Positions 38,701 to 52,554 of a stretch of DNA of 64,000 nucleotides are shown piece by piece. Source of the stretch: Hydrolagus affinis (lineage: Eukaryota); contig JAAILG010001080.1 of the NCBI GenBank assembly GCA_012026655.1, positions 1 to 64,000 on the forward strand. The letters are read 5' to 3'. The notes under the pieces were generated by a model that had not been told where the DNA came from, made no database searches, and was given only the letters and a program-made list of their open reading frames with translations. How positions within the stretch are numbered: position 1 is the first letter of the stretch; every line of letters begins with the position of its first letter. The position numbers and the translations under genes were made by a program.

Positions 38701-40140
38701 ATTTATAGGATGGGAAAGCACACATATTGCTAACTGTACTTTGGTGAAAGCATTTAGTAAATGTTGCTTAAACGCCGATGGCCTCATCGCTGGTTCAACT
38801 TGCGTTTGGAGCCACGTTTCCTAAATCTGAATTGCGATGCTACCGGCCCATTTAGCATCAGCTTGCACCTTACCATATATGTTACTTAGCCACTTACAGT
38901 GAAGAGAGAGGATTAAGATAAACAGGCGCTTGCAAACGAGACTGACATTTCACTGCAAAGCACAGTTTGCGTTTCTATTGGAAAATGCAACACAAAAACA
39001 AGATGCCTGGGAACCTGATGCATTTGCATCGGCTGCTCAAATTGCTGTTGCTTGGGGGTGGAAGAGAAGAGGAAGGGAGGAGGGGAGGAGAGGACAAATC
39101 TCTCCCAACCCCTGTTTGCGAAGTGCTACAAATGAATTATGTTTTCTTGGTAATTACATATATTTTCCAACGCTTATGCTTTTGACGGGCCGACCTTTGC
39201 ACTGGTAATTGGGAGATGCATCAGTTAATGTAATGGTTTCTACCGCTGGGCTGGTTCTAAGCTCCACTCATAATTGCAGATCATTTGTTACATTGATTAA
39301 TTAAAATGGTACTATCTGTCCTGCCTTCAATTTTTGGCTGTCGATATGTCTATGAAGTGGTGACAAAATGATGTCTGAGGAGGTATAATATTGGTGGGTG
39401 TTGGGTGGGGGGAGTGGGGAGAAATCGCAAGCAAAGCTCCTATAAATCACTAAACATATTTTCTTTCTTTGAGCGAAACAATTTGTTTTCATAATTATAT
39501 CCAAGCAATCGCTCAAATCTTTTTGTTGCGGTTTTGGAGGAGTTTGTTCAGAAGTTTCATTGATTGCCTTCTTCCCACCCCTTTGATACAGTGTACAAGT
39601 CAATGTTTGGCATTTTTACAATGTCACAAACATACTATGAGTAGGGTAAATTAATCCCAGTTGGTTTCATTTATTTGAAGATTTTCTCTGGGCTGGCAGA
39701 TTCTGACTAGCACTCTTGACCCCGGCTCATCTATACGAGGGTAATCTAGAGTTTAAGCCTTTCAAAGACAACTAATTACAGAGGACTTATAGCTTTCCTT
39801 ACTTAAGTCGATAGTATTACTATTAATCTTTAGCAGCGTTCCTCCTCGCCTAATTGTGAGCGCATGGCCACTGAAATTATGATTAAGCAGAAGATATTAT
39901 TTGCAATGCTCAGCCCTTTTTCCTGCGCAAGTTTTTTAAAAAAAAACAACTTTGTTCATTTCATGTTGTACTTAGCAATGCACATAGCAGTGTGGCTTGG
40001 TAAAGTGAACAGAGATTCTGCCAAACCATGTCAGATCCTGTCTGAACCTCTCCAATCCCCTTGTTTACTCCTTGGAGTATCTGCGTGTCCAGTGGACAAT
40101 AAATACATTGCACTGTTCATAAAGAGTAGAAAGCTTTAAG

Positions 40141-40340
40141 AATAATAATAATAATCCCTCAAAAAAATTGGTCATTTTCAATCCACGACTGTTTTGCGGG
40201 ACACTGCTGTGCGCAATTGGCTGCCGCGTTTCACCCACAAAATATACAGTCAATTCACTTTACAGTTCATGCTGAGAAGCACTGTGAGACATCTAGAAGA
40301 TGTGAAAAGCTCTATATCAAATGCAAGGATTATTATTATA
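40141..40340 (+). mobile_element. Headless SINE
   Basis: Starts at the internal (aat)n-ccctc segment and runs through the Deu-like body and tail. Confidence 0.85.
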
Positions 40341-41227
40341 TATTATAAGCTTTTCCCTTATTATTATCTCAATGACATGAAAAGCCATCATATCAAATGG
40401 AAGGATTATTCCTTATTATTTGATATTTGCACTTATCACATTGCCGAGGGAGCCTCAAAGCTCACTATAGGATTTACTGTGAAGAGTAGTATTTGTATTT
40501 GTGATTGTTCCAGCTCTTTGTATCAGAGGCCAGCAGAGGAGATTAATCAAATCGATGAATCATTTCAAATATTTCACGTATATTGCTACTTTACAGAATA
40601 TCCGATCAAAACATGAAATGGTGGCTGAATTATTTAACTCTCTGCCCTGCCTCCAACTATAATCAATCTCTGTCAAACTCTACCTGGAGACAGATGCGGA
40701 TCTTAAATGTCTGTTCGCTCTGCATAAAATCTATATATATATAATATATATATATATATTTATTTCCCAGTATTTTCTAGTTCGGATTTCAGGGCGGAAC
40801 GAATGATTAATGGACCAGTTTTCTGCAGGTAGAGAGACTATCACTGCAAAGTGCTCACATAGGTTACATGTGTTAATTAACTCCTACTCAGGAGGATGAA
40901 TCTTTTCTGTGAAGCGCTGGCCTGCAGCACTCAGGAGTCTGATATGTGGCCAGATCATCGGGGTGGGCACTGGGACTCAGTGCTTCAGTGCTCCACACGG
41001 TGAGGTCAATAGAATGGTAGCTGCCATTGGAATTGATAGCCACATTATGTTCATTTTTTGTCTATTAGTCAGAGAGGCTCAGTGGCGGGACTGTGACTGA
41101 CACACGCATCCTGTCTCAGGAAACATTTCCGAAAGATCCATCTTCCAATACAATATAACACAATTGACAGAGCCTTTCACAGCGGGAAAATGCCTCAAAG
41201 AGCCCAACACTGGCTGCCTGGGGTCCC

Positions 41228-41330
41228 AACAACAACAACATTCATCTATATAGTGCCCTCACGCCGGACTGTGTTCCAGAGCTCTCGATAGTGGTGGAGC
41301 ACGAGGCCCGAGCCAGCAGGAGAGAGAAGG
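41228..41330 (-). mobile_element. L2 3' tail, degenerate
   Basis: aacaacaacaacattcatctatatagtgccctc...ccagagctctcgatagtgg...ccgagccag. Confidence 0.55.
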
Positions 41331-44300
41331 TTGGCCGAACACACCCCCAAACAGGGGATGGGAGGGGATCAAAATAGAAGCTTAATTTTCCAATTAGATT
41401 GTCTAGAAACACTACACGTCGCACTGATGGTTTTGCATGGAACGTTCGACAGATTTGCGGAACACGAAAACTCCCGTAACAGGTTAGCCGAGGAGTTAGG
41501 TTAGCCATACTCAACTGGACCCCAGTCTGTTCACAACAATTGTCTATTCTGTTTCTACTCTAGCCATACCTCATCCTTGAAATGGTTCACAACTATTATC
41601 ATCATAAAGCATGTAATGGTTTGTAGCCCTGCTGAGTAGCATCTGAAACCTGAGGAGCTGGAGCGTCTTTTGTTTGGCTTTCAAAGATGTTCAGCACACA
41701 TCCATGAAAGACTACCAGCATTTGGTTTTTCTGCTCGCCCTTACTCTAGTGATAGTGCATTGATTTCTACTTCCACCAGCTCAAAGGGGTTCTTTATATA
41801 AGGTCAGTGATCTAAAAATCACCCCCAAGCACTCAAACTGCTTGTGATGGATAAAGGTAATCCTGCAATTTCATAAAGCATGTGTTTAAGACAACTCAAA
41901 GTGCTTCACAGGATTTTTTTTTAGTAATAATCCTCACATTTCTCACAGTGCTTTTAATGTCGGGAGGAAGTCCCAAAACGCTGCATATAATATACTGTAA
42001 AGTGTAGTGATTGCATGTGACTCCAAAGGCTCTGAGAGGAACATGTCTCTGGATTAGACCCCGGATCTGATTTATTAATGCGAAAGGGTTATGTAAAACC
42101 TCGATTGTTCAGCCAATCTCTCCTGCAACTGCGGTTCATGTTTCGAGGACATGGCGCTTTGAGCCATAATTAATGCAGGACTGAATTGACAGCTCCGCAG
42201 TCAAATCATCTTGTTTTGTAAAACCCTGGATCTGACCCGATTTTCCTCTGAACGGCTTCTGAATGGAATCCCGGGCATTTCAGCAGAAATGAACTACTTT
42301 CAGTTCATCACCGTGATGCATTCCAACATGATTCCACACATTGTTCATTGTGTTTTGAGAGCTTAGCACAGTGGAGGCAGCACAGATAGACTCTGACCTT
42401 TCTGATCCGAGACTTGTATGTATGTATGTGTGTGTGTTTGGGGGTGGGGGTTAGCTTTCATGTCGTTCAGACTCGGTGAATGAAGATTGAAAGTCGAGGA
42501 TGATTCAAGGAGCGAGTGCCTTAGCGATCTCAGCGTAGATAGCACGAGTAGCATTTTGTGAAGCTTGCTCAGTGATCATTATCAGCACCACTTCACATTT
42601 AGAAACAAAGACTCTGTACAATTGTTAGGATATGTTTTGTTTGTGTTATTTTCAGCAACGATAGGAAACATCTCACAGGAGTTAGCCTTAAAGTACCACA
42701 TTTTTAGCAGAGCTGAACAAGGAACAGCTTTTAAATGGGCAAGCATTACTTCTGTAAACAAGCATAAAGGAACTCATCAGCAAAATGAAGACCACAGAGT
42801 GAAGTTTGCCATAAGAATGGTTGAAAGAGAATAACCAATGCAAACAAATTGGGGCTTCATTAGACCTTGGGATTGAATCACACAGTGTTCTGTGTATTTA
42901 ATGACTCTGTTAAATTATTCAGCGCTGGATACTCATTGCTTTTTCCAAGATCGTATAATGGTAGAAACTGGGCGTAGATGTCAGGAGCTGAAACACCTAC
43001 CAATTTTTATATTTTTTATTTAAAATAAAAGAGCCGAGGGAGTTAAGAAATCCGATGGGAGCAAAATGGACTAAACGAATTTTGGAGGTTAGACAATAAC
43101 AATCAAGCACAAAAGAACTTAGCCAAAAATGAAGTAAATAAACTGACAAACGTACATAAAAACACAAACATGGGATGAATTATACCAGGATGGAAAATAG
43201 AACTGGGGGGAAAACTATAAATCAACTCGCAATAATTGGATACCAGAATATAATTAAGTGATAAATTGTAGTAATGAGGCAGTGGATGAGACAATAACAT
43301 TTTAATGTTGCTGGATAAATGCCAAGACTCCAGTGCCAACTCATTGTATCATGAGGTTTTAATGTTCCATGCAGTAGTTCAGAACTAAATATATTGGTCT
43401 TGTGCCTTTTTGTTAAAGGACATGAATGAGATAGTAACTCTGTGTGGAAATATCACTCACTGGAAACTACCTTTAGTGAAGTTCGCAACACAAACAAGAA
43501 TAAACTACCAATCTCATCGTGTCTACCCAGGCAATTCTGTAAATCGTTCCCAGTTCTTTATACCTTTAATCCCATTTCCTGGCTCTTTCTCCATCTCTCT
43601 TAATCCCCTAATTTTTTTCATGTCTCCCGATTAAACACCTCCATTTCTCACAACCCTTTGTTTGGTTTCACTTCAAACTAGTTTAACTCTAATTCAAAAA
43701 CGAAGGCTCCTTGTTTGGGATTTGTGTTATTGAGTCATTCCCAATCAGCCTTGACAACTCTCTTTGTTATTAATACCTTAATCAAAGCACCGCGTCATCT
43801 CCTCAGCTTTGAGCAACAAAGAACTCCTTACTTCCCTGAAATCTCCTTAGTTTTCTTGCCAGTTTAAAGGGCTTCACTGTACTGTACTTCTGTCGATCTA
43901 CCCATTGGCGCAGACATATTAAAGCACGGTAGGGGGAGCAGATACTTTGCAAATTTGTCCATTGCAAGGAAGGGAGGGAAAGGGGACAGCAAATGTTTCC
44001 GGCCTCCTTAGAAACAGATTATTTTCTTCTTTGAGTGTTTCTGACACCAATGTTCTACCTGGCAGTCCTACCTGCAACCCGTATCCAAGTCCAGGCAGTG
44101 TGTGTGTAAGTGATGAACACGAGAGACATCAGGAAGCGAAAGTGAAGGTAGGAGAATGAGATGCATCACAGAACTCAGTGAACAAGCGGTTGCTTGAGGG
44201 AAGAAAAGGCAAACAGCACTGTCTGTTTCCAGCAAGTGGCGAGAGGAGAGACGCCAGCAGGTGTAGTTAACGCGGACACAAACCTCCAGGGCGGTCCAGG

Positions 44301-44645
44301 ATCTGGTTATAGTAATGCTCGCAATACATGGAATTTGATGCAAACAGTGCAGCGTAAATCAGGTTTAAGAAAGGAATCAAATTTGATTCCGAGCACAACT
44401 TCCAAACTCCCTGCAGGAGGTGGTTTTCCCAATCAAATCACAGCGTCTAGCTGCAGCACAAATTGGGTTTCTTTTTATTGCCATTAGAGATTCTTTCTGT
44501 CAGGGGTTCGCTTTGAAAGCCAACTGTGATGAGGGGCAGGCCATTGGACTTTCCCAAGCTGTTAGTTCGCAAGGCTTGTGGGCAGAGACAGAGCGCCCAG
44601 CAAACCCACACAGCACGCAGACCAAAATTACCACGCTTCACTTAC

Positions 44646-44824
44646 CTCCCGGTCTAGCATTTCGGGCGGCACCACGGTAACAATGTCTCCTTTTTCGGGG
44701 TCTATGTAGAACATGTTCGGCGATGGGGTCGTGGGCGTTTGACTCAGGATGCTGTAGCGTAGAACCGCATTGTCTGTGTTGGGGTCATCTGCGTCATAAG
44801 CTGTCATTCGCATGATCGTGGTGC
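44646..44824 (-). CDS. CDH13: Cadherin-13 internal exon (about human exon 7; EC2), 179 nt, phase 1/0
   Basis: Encodes (G)[59 protein letters not shown]. The [19 protein letters not shown] and LDRE motifs are characteristic of CDH13. Acceptor ttgttctAG (44825-44826), donor GTAAG (44641-44645). Confidence 0.96.
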
Positions 44825-44908
44825 CTAGAACAAGAAACGTTTGAAAAATCAAAAGGCCTGATCACTTCAGTACTTCTATTTGTGTGTCAGTAAGGCAGAT
44901 ACACCCAT

Positions 44909-45092
44909 GTTTCGCCCCAAAAAAGTATACGTCAATTCACTTTACAGTATATTCTGTGAAGCGCTTTGAGACAACAACAACAACAACAACAATAATTTGG
45001 ATTTATATAGCGCCCTCCATGCCGCATGCGTCACAGAGCACTTAAGAGACGTCTCAAAGACGTGATAAGGCACTACATCAAATGCAAGGAAT
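44909..45092 (+). mobile_element. SINE 3' part with a nested minus-strand L2 tail (44973-45045)
   Basis: The SINE tail is split at gagac, which appears at both 44968-44972 and 45046-45050. Confidence 0.8.
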
Positions 45093-45101
45093 TAACGGCC
45101 A

Positions 45102-45440
45102 GGTTTCAGCCTGGCTCAGTCAGTAGCACTCTTGCCTCCGAGTTAAAAGTTTGAAGGTTCGAGCCCCATATCAGGCCTTTGAACTCTCCTAGCATCAGCT
45201 GAGATTCAAGTGTAGAGCTGGGGATGGGCGGTCTGCATTGTTGGAGGTGTCGTCCTTTGGACATTAAGACATCAAACTTTCTATCGGTTCACACAGACAT
45301 TCAGATCCCGCGTTACTACTGTATTCACAAAGAATTTCTCCCAATGTCGTGGCCAATAATCTCCCAGAATATTATTTCTCATTCACTTTGTAGCTGTTTG
45401 TGTGGCATTGCTTTGCAGACACAGGCTGCTGTGTTTGCCT
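45102..45440 (+). mobile_element. Older tRNA-Deu SINE (SacSINE1-like)
   Basis: cagcctggctcagtcagtagcactcttgcctccgag...ggttcgagcccc head; ctgcattgttggaggtgtcgtc...gctgtttgtgtggcattgct body. Confidence 0.75.
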
Positions 45441-46109
45441 GCTTAAAACCCCGGTTATTTTACATTGAATCATATGAAGTTCTTTGACTTGTCCTCCCGA
45501 TATGAAAGAGTAAAAATACTGGGATTCTTAGTGCAGTAATTAATGATGTATGATCCTTGAGCTTGTTCAATGCTAATTCTAAGTAGCTTCGTTGAGTTCA
45601 GTGGAAGGACCTCGGAAGCTTCGAGAAAAACATCATCACAAGACAAGCTTTGAGAGCAAGCTCCACTGTACCACACAAATATACAGCACCATCTGGTTAC
45701 CAGCTCACAGCTCTGTCTAGTGTTACACAATCAGTGTCTGAGGCTACTGCGAGTGGACGGAATTATCCCACTCCCATTTTGCAATGCAATTGCAACCAAA
45801 TAAGCAGCTCATAATCCAATCGGTGGTCACAGCGGAGTAACTGAAATATAATCTACAACTGCAATTTTCAATTCGATTGTCATGCAGTTCTGCAGCACAG
45901 AGAGATCAGGAACTAGTTGATCTGGACACGGTAGCCTGCTCGATTGTGTTACGTATCCCAAGGCATCACATTCGTATGGATTTCCTCAAGTAGGAGCTAT
46001 GTGAAGCCACTCTCTCGTTCAATCTCTCCTACCAACCGTGTCCCATCCCCTTCTCTGCACCAGTTAAACAATCTGCCAAGCCTCATTATCTATACACTTG
46101 CAGATGAAG

Positions 46110-46434
46110 ATAATAATAATATAATAATCCTTGCATTTGATATAGCGCTTTTCACATCTTATCGATGTCCCAAAGGCACTTCACAGAATATACTGTAAAG
46201 TGAATTGATTATATATTTGTGGGCGAAACACGGCAGCCAATTGCACACAGCAGCGTTCCACAAACAGTCGTGGATTGAAATGACCAATTCTAATTCTTAT
46301 GTTTTGTTTTGGATTATTATTAGGTGTGTGGAATAAGGAAACTTGCCCAAGGTTTTGCCCTGATCTGCTTGGATTTGAACACAGATTTCATGCTTGTAAG
46401 GCGAGTGCTCTAACCACTGAGCTGCAGGAGCTCC
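46110..46434 (-). mobile_element. Full-length tRNA-derived SINE (same variant as 29728-30038)
   Basis: Complete head, body and (ATT)n tail. Confidence 0.9.
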
Positions 46435-46450
46435 ACAACCACTGAGCTAC

Positions 46451-46617
46451 AGAAGCTTGGATGAGATAGCAAATGGGATAGATTTAAGTTAGGAAATAAT
46501 ATGTTGGGATATAGTATATAGTTTGGGACATGGCATGTGTATACAACTGCCTGGATGGTGGAAGGCGAACTGGATGGACCTTCTTTTTTTTTGTCTAGCA
46601 ATAGTTATATTCTTATG
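46451..46617 (+). mobile_element. CR1-like 3' end
   Basis: agaagcttggatgag...gaactggatggaccttcttttt...gttatattcttatg. Confidence 0.55.
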
Positions 46618-49600
46618 CACCAGAGAATTCCTATACCCCAATGTGTCTTCTTCAGCAATTGAGAAACAAAAATTGGGAAGGCAAAATAGAAAAGATAAGC
46701 CTCTTTCAGTTCAGAGAATTAAAAAAAATTAAACACAGTAAAGCGAGACATGATAAAATACCAAAGCTGAAGACATAGTATCACTCGACAACTAATAATA
46801 AGCCAAAGTGTTTTCATTCCTCTAAAACGTAACCTTGCTTTGACCGAACAGTCTGGTGTAAGTAAGTTGGTTAATTATTTAAACTGTAGTAGATCAAATA
46901 GATTGTTATGCAAAGAATCACTGATGTCTCGAATCTTGCTGCCGTCACAAAAGGATTTAACTTTAAATAAGACCTTCTCACAAAGCAATAGGGGGTTTCT
47001 GCATGGTCCTAGAATTCGCTTGTTTCCCATTCAGTTTGCAATCAAGGCAAATACTCCCTAGTTTAATGGCTTCCGTGCTTCTTCACTTAAATTTAGTCAG
47101 AAAATAACTGAGGATAAACGTTAGGAAGAATTCAAGGATGTGGTATAGGTTCATCTTGTTGAGAATGTATTGGGTAGAAAAAATATAACAAAATCAAGGG
47201 AATTTGGGAGTTAACACCTTCAGTCTGTCAACAGCAAAAAAAATTGTTCCCCATGATTGAACCTTGAGAGAATCTATGAATTCTGGGGGAAAATAAATCA
47301 GTGCGTGATGTGATAGTTATCATCAGTGCTAATTATTATCACTTCCATTATCGCATTCTCCCACCACCCCCTTTCCTCTGTGCGAATAGTACATTTCTGT
47401 GCCCAATGCAACAGTCAGCAAAAATATGATTCACTGCACTTACAAGAGCCAAAATAATTTGACCCCCACATGGATTCAGTTGAATAATGTCTATTAAAAA
47501 ATCCTTTAATGGTTTTACAATGACTCTAATAAATCAGTAACTTTTGTTGTTGTTTTTCTGCCATGGACAGCTCAAAGTCCCCATTCGTCTCATCACTGTT
47601 CCATTAAATTGCAGTGGCCTTGTTCTGAGTTATTCTTTGATTTGTAGTTTCCTTACCACCACCACCCCCCCGCCCCCAACCCCCACCCCTCTCCTCCCAA
47701 TGACACGACTCCTTTCGCCAGTAGGAAATTCATCAGGCAAGAACAATGACGAGCAAGTGCGATTCATTTGCAAGATGAAGTGAGCAGCAAATAATTCATT
47801 TGAAGCGGAAATTGATAATCATGAAATTCATTTGCTGTGAATGATGGAATGTATGAACTCTTTTATGTAACTCATAAATCAACATTGGGTTGGAGAAGGG
47901 AATCTTATCTGGCATAGCAAATAATTTCCCCCGTCGTAATAATAATTTGTTTTCAGCTACATTATTTCATACGATAAACAAGCTCCTGGAATTTTCCACT
48001 TGCCCCATTGAGGGACTAGTTTTACCACTGACCAAAGCCAAGTCAAAGAAACAGAGATCTCCTTCAAACAGACTTGGTGACAAAAGGTCTGGAAGGTATG
48101 GTTAAGATGTCCGCTGTAATATGTTCAGAGCTAGAGCAGAATGCAATTTACACCACTCAAAAATATCGCACAGAAGGAACTCCCCTTAGCACTAAACCAT
48201 GCAGCACAGAAGGTTGCGGGTTCAATTGCAGATCTGATTTGACTTAGCTGATCTCAAATTGGATGCCTGTTGAGGTCCTGTGAATGACCTTATCACTGCT
48301 GAGGCACACTGGTGGATGTGGGTAGATAGAATGTGCTATGTATCTAATCATTCTGGCACACAGGACGCTTAAAGCTGACGCTTGGTGCCTGAATTAGGAA
48401 AAACCAGGACCAATGTGTCTTGTTGAGTCCAAACTTCACCCCTGAAAATGTCAATATCCAAAACACAAAAAAATTACTGTACAGCACAAAACAGACACGT
48501 TTGGCCCACTGTGTCTGTGGTCTTCAAAAGAACAAATCACTCACTAAAAGAATATCTTATTCAACTGCCTTTCCCTCTTACCCCTGCAATATCTATTGAT
48601 CTATCGATTGGTCGGTCTGTCGGTGCATGAGTGTCTCTATGTGTCTATAGAAAATTCTTTTCTGCTTGACTTACAACAGTAAAGGTCTTGTGTAAAGCTT
48701 GTTAAAGACTAAAATTTAAGAGCATGCAGAATTGTGACATATTTTTAAACTGAGCCTTAATTTGGGAGCTGGTCTTCGGAGAGATTTATTTGAACAGTTT
48801 TTCCCAATTCCGTGCGACCTTAAATAGTTCAGACAAAATGAAGGTGAAGACTTATGATGGAATTTCAGGCCTTTAGCCAGCAATGATATTTCACCTCTAC
48901 AATTAATAAAGAATTCTTCTGCACGACAGTGATAATTCAATGTCCAGTGTTTCATTGTTGAGATTATGCAACAATAAAATAGCACGTTGCTACGATAAAA
49001 GTGTTACATAATAGGCCAGTATTTATGGTGTGCAAGGGAATCGAGGAGAGAGACAGACTGCCGTGTAAGGGCAAAGGAAAATCAGTCCTTCAATAAGATA
49101 ATTATTAGCAATTATTTTGTATAGCACAAATTTTGAGTATTACTTGTCCATTTTCTAATGATTTAATTGAGATGCCAGCATCTGTCTGAATCACTGCCTT
49201 GTTTTTCTGATCGTTTCCAGTTCTCCAAGTGACTACTTCATCTGGAATGGAGCAGTCCACGTCTCTGTTAAATGGAGTGCTGAAAGGGTTATTGACATCT
49301 CAGGTATATTGTGTTACAGATTATATACACAGGGCTCACTTGCTTGGAGTGACTCCACAATCAAATTTGATTGTACAGTAATCCAACAGTTATAGACATT
49401 GTGTCTTTAAAATACTACGACCGATTTGAAGTTATAAACGTTGTCATAACCAGCTAGATTATAGAAAAGTTCAGCTGTGTAGAATACAGTCCTTTGTCAC
49501 TATCGGAGAATCTAAGTCTTCATTCTGCCCAACATTGATTCCTCTCTTGATAACTCCGAGTGCAAATTATTTACAGGAAAACCTTAAAGCATCATTTATC

Positions 49601-49846
49601 ACGACATGAAAGATGCTTTTCTTTTCTCTTACAATATAATAATCATGGTAATTGCTACAGTGCCTTTCACGTTTCAAAGCCCTTCACCAAATTTATTGCT
49701 GACTGCAGTGCCTATACATTTTGTGGACAAGTAGGAGTAAATTATTAGTAACACAACCCCAAAAATCCACACAACGTCCAGCATCATGATTCCCTTACCA
49801 ACGAGCAACAGATTAGCAAATGAGAATAATAATCCTTGCACTAACT

Positions 49847-49993
49847 CTTCCCCCTCCCCCACTCTCCTTCCCCTTCCCCCTACCCCGACCCTCCCACTCC
49901 CGCTCGGGTCCCGACCTGACTGTTCAGCGCTTCGGGACGTCCTCCTGACGTGAAAGGCGTGTTATGAGTGCAATGTTGTTGTTGTTGTTGTTG
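49847..49993 (+). mobile_element. C-rich L2 3' tail
   Basis: cccgacctgactgttcagcgcttcgggacgtcctcctgacgtgaaaggcg...(gtt)n. Confidence 0.75.
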
Positions 49994-51824
49994 ATCCAGC
50001 ACCTTATTCCGTCAAAACATTTCAAAACACTTTGCACAATTGATATAGCGATTGTCAATGTATAAAAGAAATTTAGCCATTAAGCTGCACCAGCAACACC
50101 TTTCAAACAATCACCAATTCATCCAATTTGGATACTTAATTAATGGCCAGAACAGGCGGATGGTCAGGAAGGGTGGTTGACACCAGGAATATTGGAATCA
50201 AATTCAGAGACATCTTGAAGCTGTAATGGGAGGACAGTAGGGGGGGGCGGGTGGGCTGGAAAGGTGAGATGAAATGAATCGCAATGTTTTTTTCATCTGA
50301 ATATTTCTTGCAATTTGGCTCAAAAGTTACTCAGTTTCCAAAGCGTAACCTCTATACACACCCATGCCTTGTCATTCCTCCCAGAGCTCCTGCATAAGAA
50401 TAACAGCAGTGCAAAAACAAATAGGTTATAATTTGAATATTTATTTGCAGAACATATTAAAACCACTATTGCTATCAGCGCTGATGGATAGGGGTGGTAA
50501 TTAAATCTTGCCCCCTAAACCATGTGTTGCGCTGAGACACAAATTAACTGAACATCACCCAGCGTTCAGCTGCAAGTGGCTCACATTTAGCCCACGTACC
50601 ACACAGTGTGTGATCAATGCTCGATTTGTGGCGGTGTGCTGCATCTCCAGTCACATTTGAAAAAGAAATTACTGCATATACATCAGCTACGATGGCTGTC
50701 AATTTTTGACCTTTTATTTTACCGTTAGATTGGGCTGAGTGCGGCAAGGGGATTGTCCCTGTGATAGAACAATCCCCCAAAACAAATTGGGTCAATCATG
50801 CGGCTGTTTATGGGGACATTTCCTCGTCCGCCCGCACAATACTCAGTCCCTACACTTTACAGTAAATCCCGTGAAGCACTTTTCCTCCTATCACAATGTG
50901 AAATGTAAGTTTTATAATTAATGTCACAACAGGGATGCCAGTTCTGGATCGAAACTCCAAAGTTTGAAGCTTGAGCAGATTCTTGTGCTGTCATTTTATC
51001 CACATAATACACAGTCAGTACACTTTACAGCGCTCTGAGATGCTACCTGGTGTGGAGGACGAGATATCAATGCAAGTTTTCGGTGTTTTGGGAGGGGAAT
51101 GTTCACTCAACGTGAAAGACATCAAATGCAGGAATTACATGATTTCAATTCAGCGCAATTCTGTGCAAAAAAAACATGCAAGAGGAAATATTTCAGGACA
51201 CCAATGGAGATTTGCTGATTTGCGATTGTGTGCGACAGGCTCGGGTGATTCATTCAAAGTTCACATTTATAGACGTGGGATCTCTGCTCAGACAGTGAGA
51301 GGTAACTCTCATGCTCGAATCTAATGTTCGCAGTTAGCCTATGGACTGCCAATGGAGTGAGTTACAGCCTTGCCAAAACGTGGCACGCTGGACCGAGTCA
51401 ATGCCTTGCAGTACTTTATATTGATCAGAATGAATAGTTTCTGAACTAATTCGTCCTCAGTGGAGTCATACATCTATTTTCTGGTCTCTTCATCATCGGT
51501 CAATGGTTTGGAACTGAAAACTCCAAGCGCGTTATGTCCCATGAGTGCCGTACCACAGTGAATTAAGGTCTATCCTCCATCGGAACTCTAGTAGTTCATT
51601 ATGTGCAATCACAATAAAGACATTTATCTGTCGAAATGTAACTGCAGGGATTTGTATAGTAGCACTAGCTCTTTATCCAATTTGGTATGTGCTACATTCA
51701 GTTATTTTATTTGAGATTAAATCACCAGGTCCCCAAATGATCCAGATTTTCACTGGGAATCATTTTTAATTTCTACAGGACCTGTTTGGGCAAAGGCTGA
51801 ACAGGAATATAATGAGATTGTAAG

Positions 51825-52255
51825 AATAATCCTTGCATTTGATTTAATGCCTGTTCTTGTCGTCGAGCGGTCTCAAAGCGCTTCACATGATTTTACTATT
51901 AAGTCTAAATGATTGAGTATTGGTTGGGCAAACACAGCAGCCAACTCGCACCTAGCAATTTCCCCAAAACAGCCATGAAGTGAGTGAGCACACATCCTCC
52001 GCTCCCCCTTTGGAGGCCACGCATTCAGTCACTATGCCCAGAAACTCTGGAACATTCTCCTTTCAATCCCTCCGCCTTGACCCCCTTTTTCAGGTCCCAC
52101 CTAGAAACCTTATTTTTTCTCACGTCTCATTGAAGGGACAGCACCTCTTAGCACCTCATTGCTTCACTTTACAGTATATTCTATGAAGCGCTTTGACATG
52201 TCTAGTAGACATGATAAGGCACTAGATCAAATGCAAGGATTACTATTATTATTAT
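51825..52255. mobile_element. Divergent SINE 3' fragments (- 51825-51980; + 52160-52255)
   Basis: aataatccttgcatttga...ctcaaagcgcttcac and cactttacagtatattctatgaagcgctttgac...atcaaatgcaaggattactatt. Confidence 0.75.
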
Positions 52256-52554
52256 GATTGGCAATCCACTGGGGAGGTGATTGTTACACACAGGTTAATA
52301 TGGAACACATTCACACATTCTTCTCAGTTGTCCGAAGCTCAGATGTATAATTAATTCCAGTTGCCTTATTGTGACAAAATGATCAAGCTCAAATTGTCAG
52401 GCCATTGGGTGCTGCACGCAAGATCAATAAAGATTTTTCTAATGAGTCTCTCCTCTCTTGTTTCACTCAATTTGCCCTGATTTCCACCTCTCAGCAACTA
52501 ACAAGTTAACAATAAAACTACCAGGCATTCAATAAATTGTGCTAACAATAACTG

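Noticed and set aside
38243-38725. 160-aa ORF, the longest in the window, as a novel gene
   Set aside because: It is the L2 ORF2 C-terminus and tail read-through.
47762-47834. CRISPR-like repeat-spacer array
   Set aside because: The repeat is only 9 bp with three units, there are no cas genes, and the context is a vertebrate intron. Kept only as a candidate regulatory motif.
48195-48370. Ancient tRNA-derived SINE relic (similar traces at about 16200-16400 and 18030-18180)
   Set aside because: A B-box-like gggttcaatt and vague similarity are visible, but the sequence is too degenerate to bound or classify without an HMM search.
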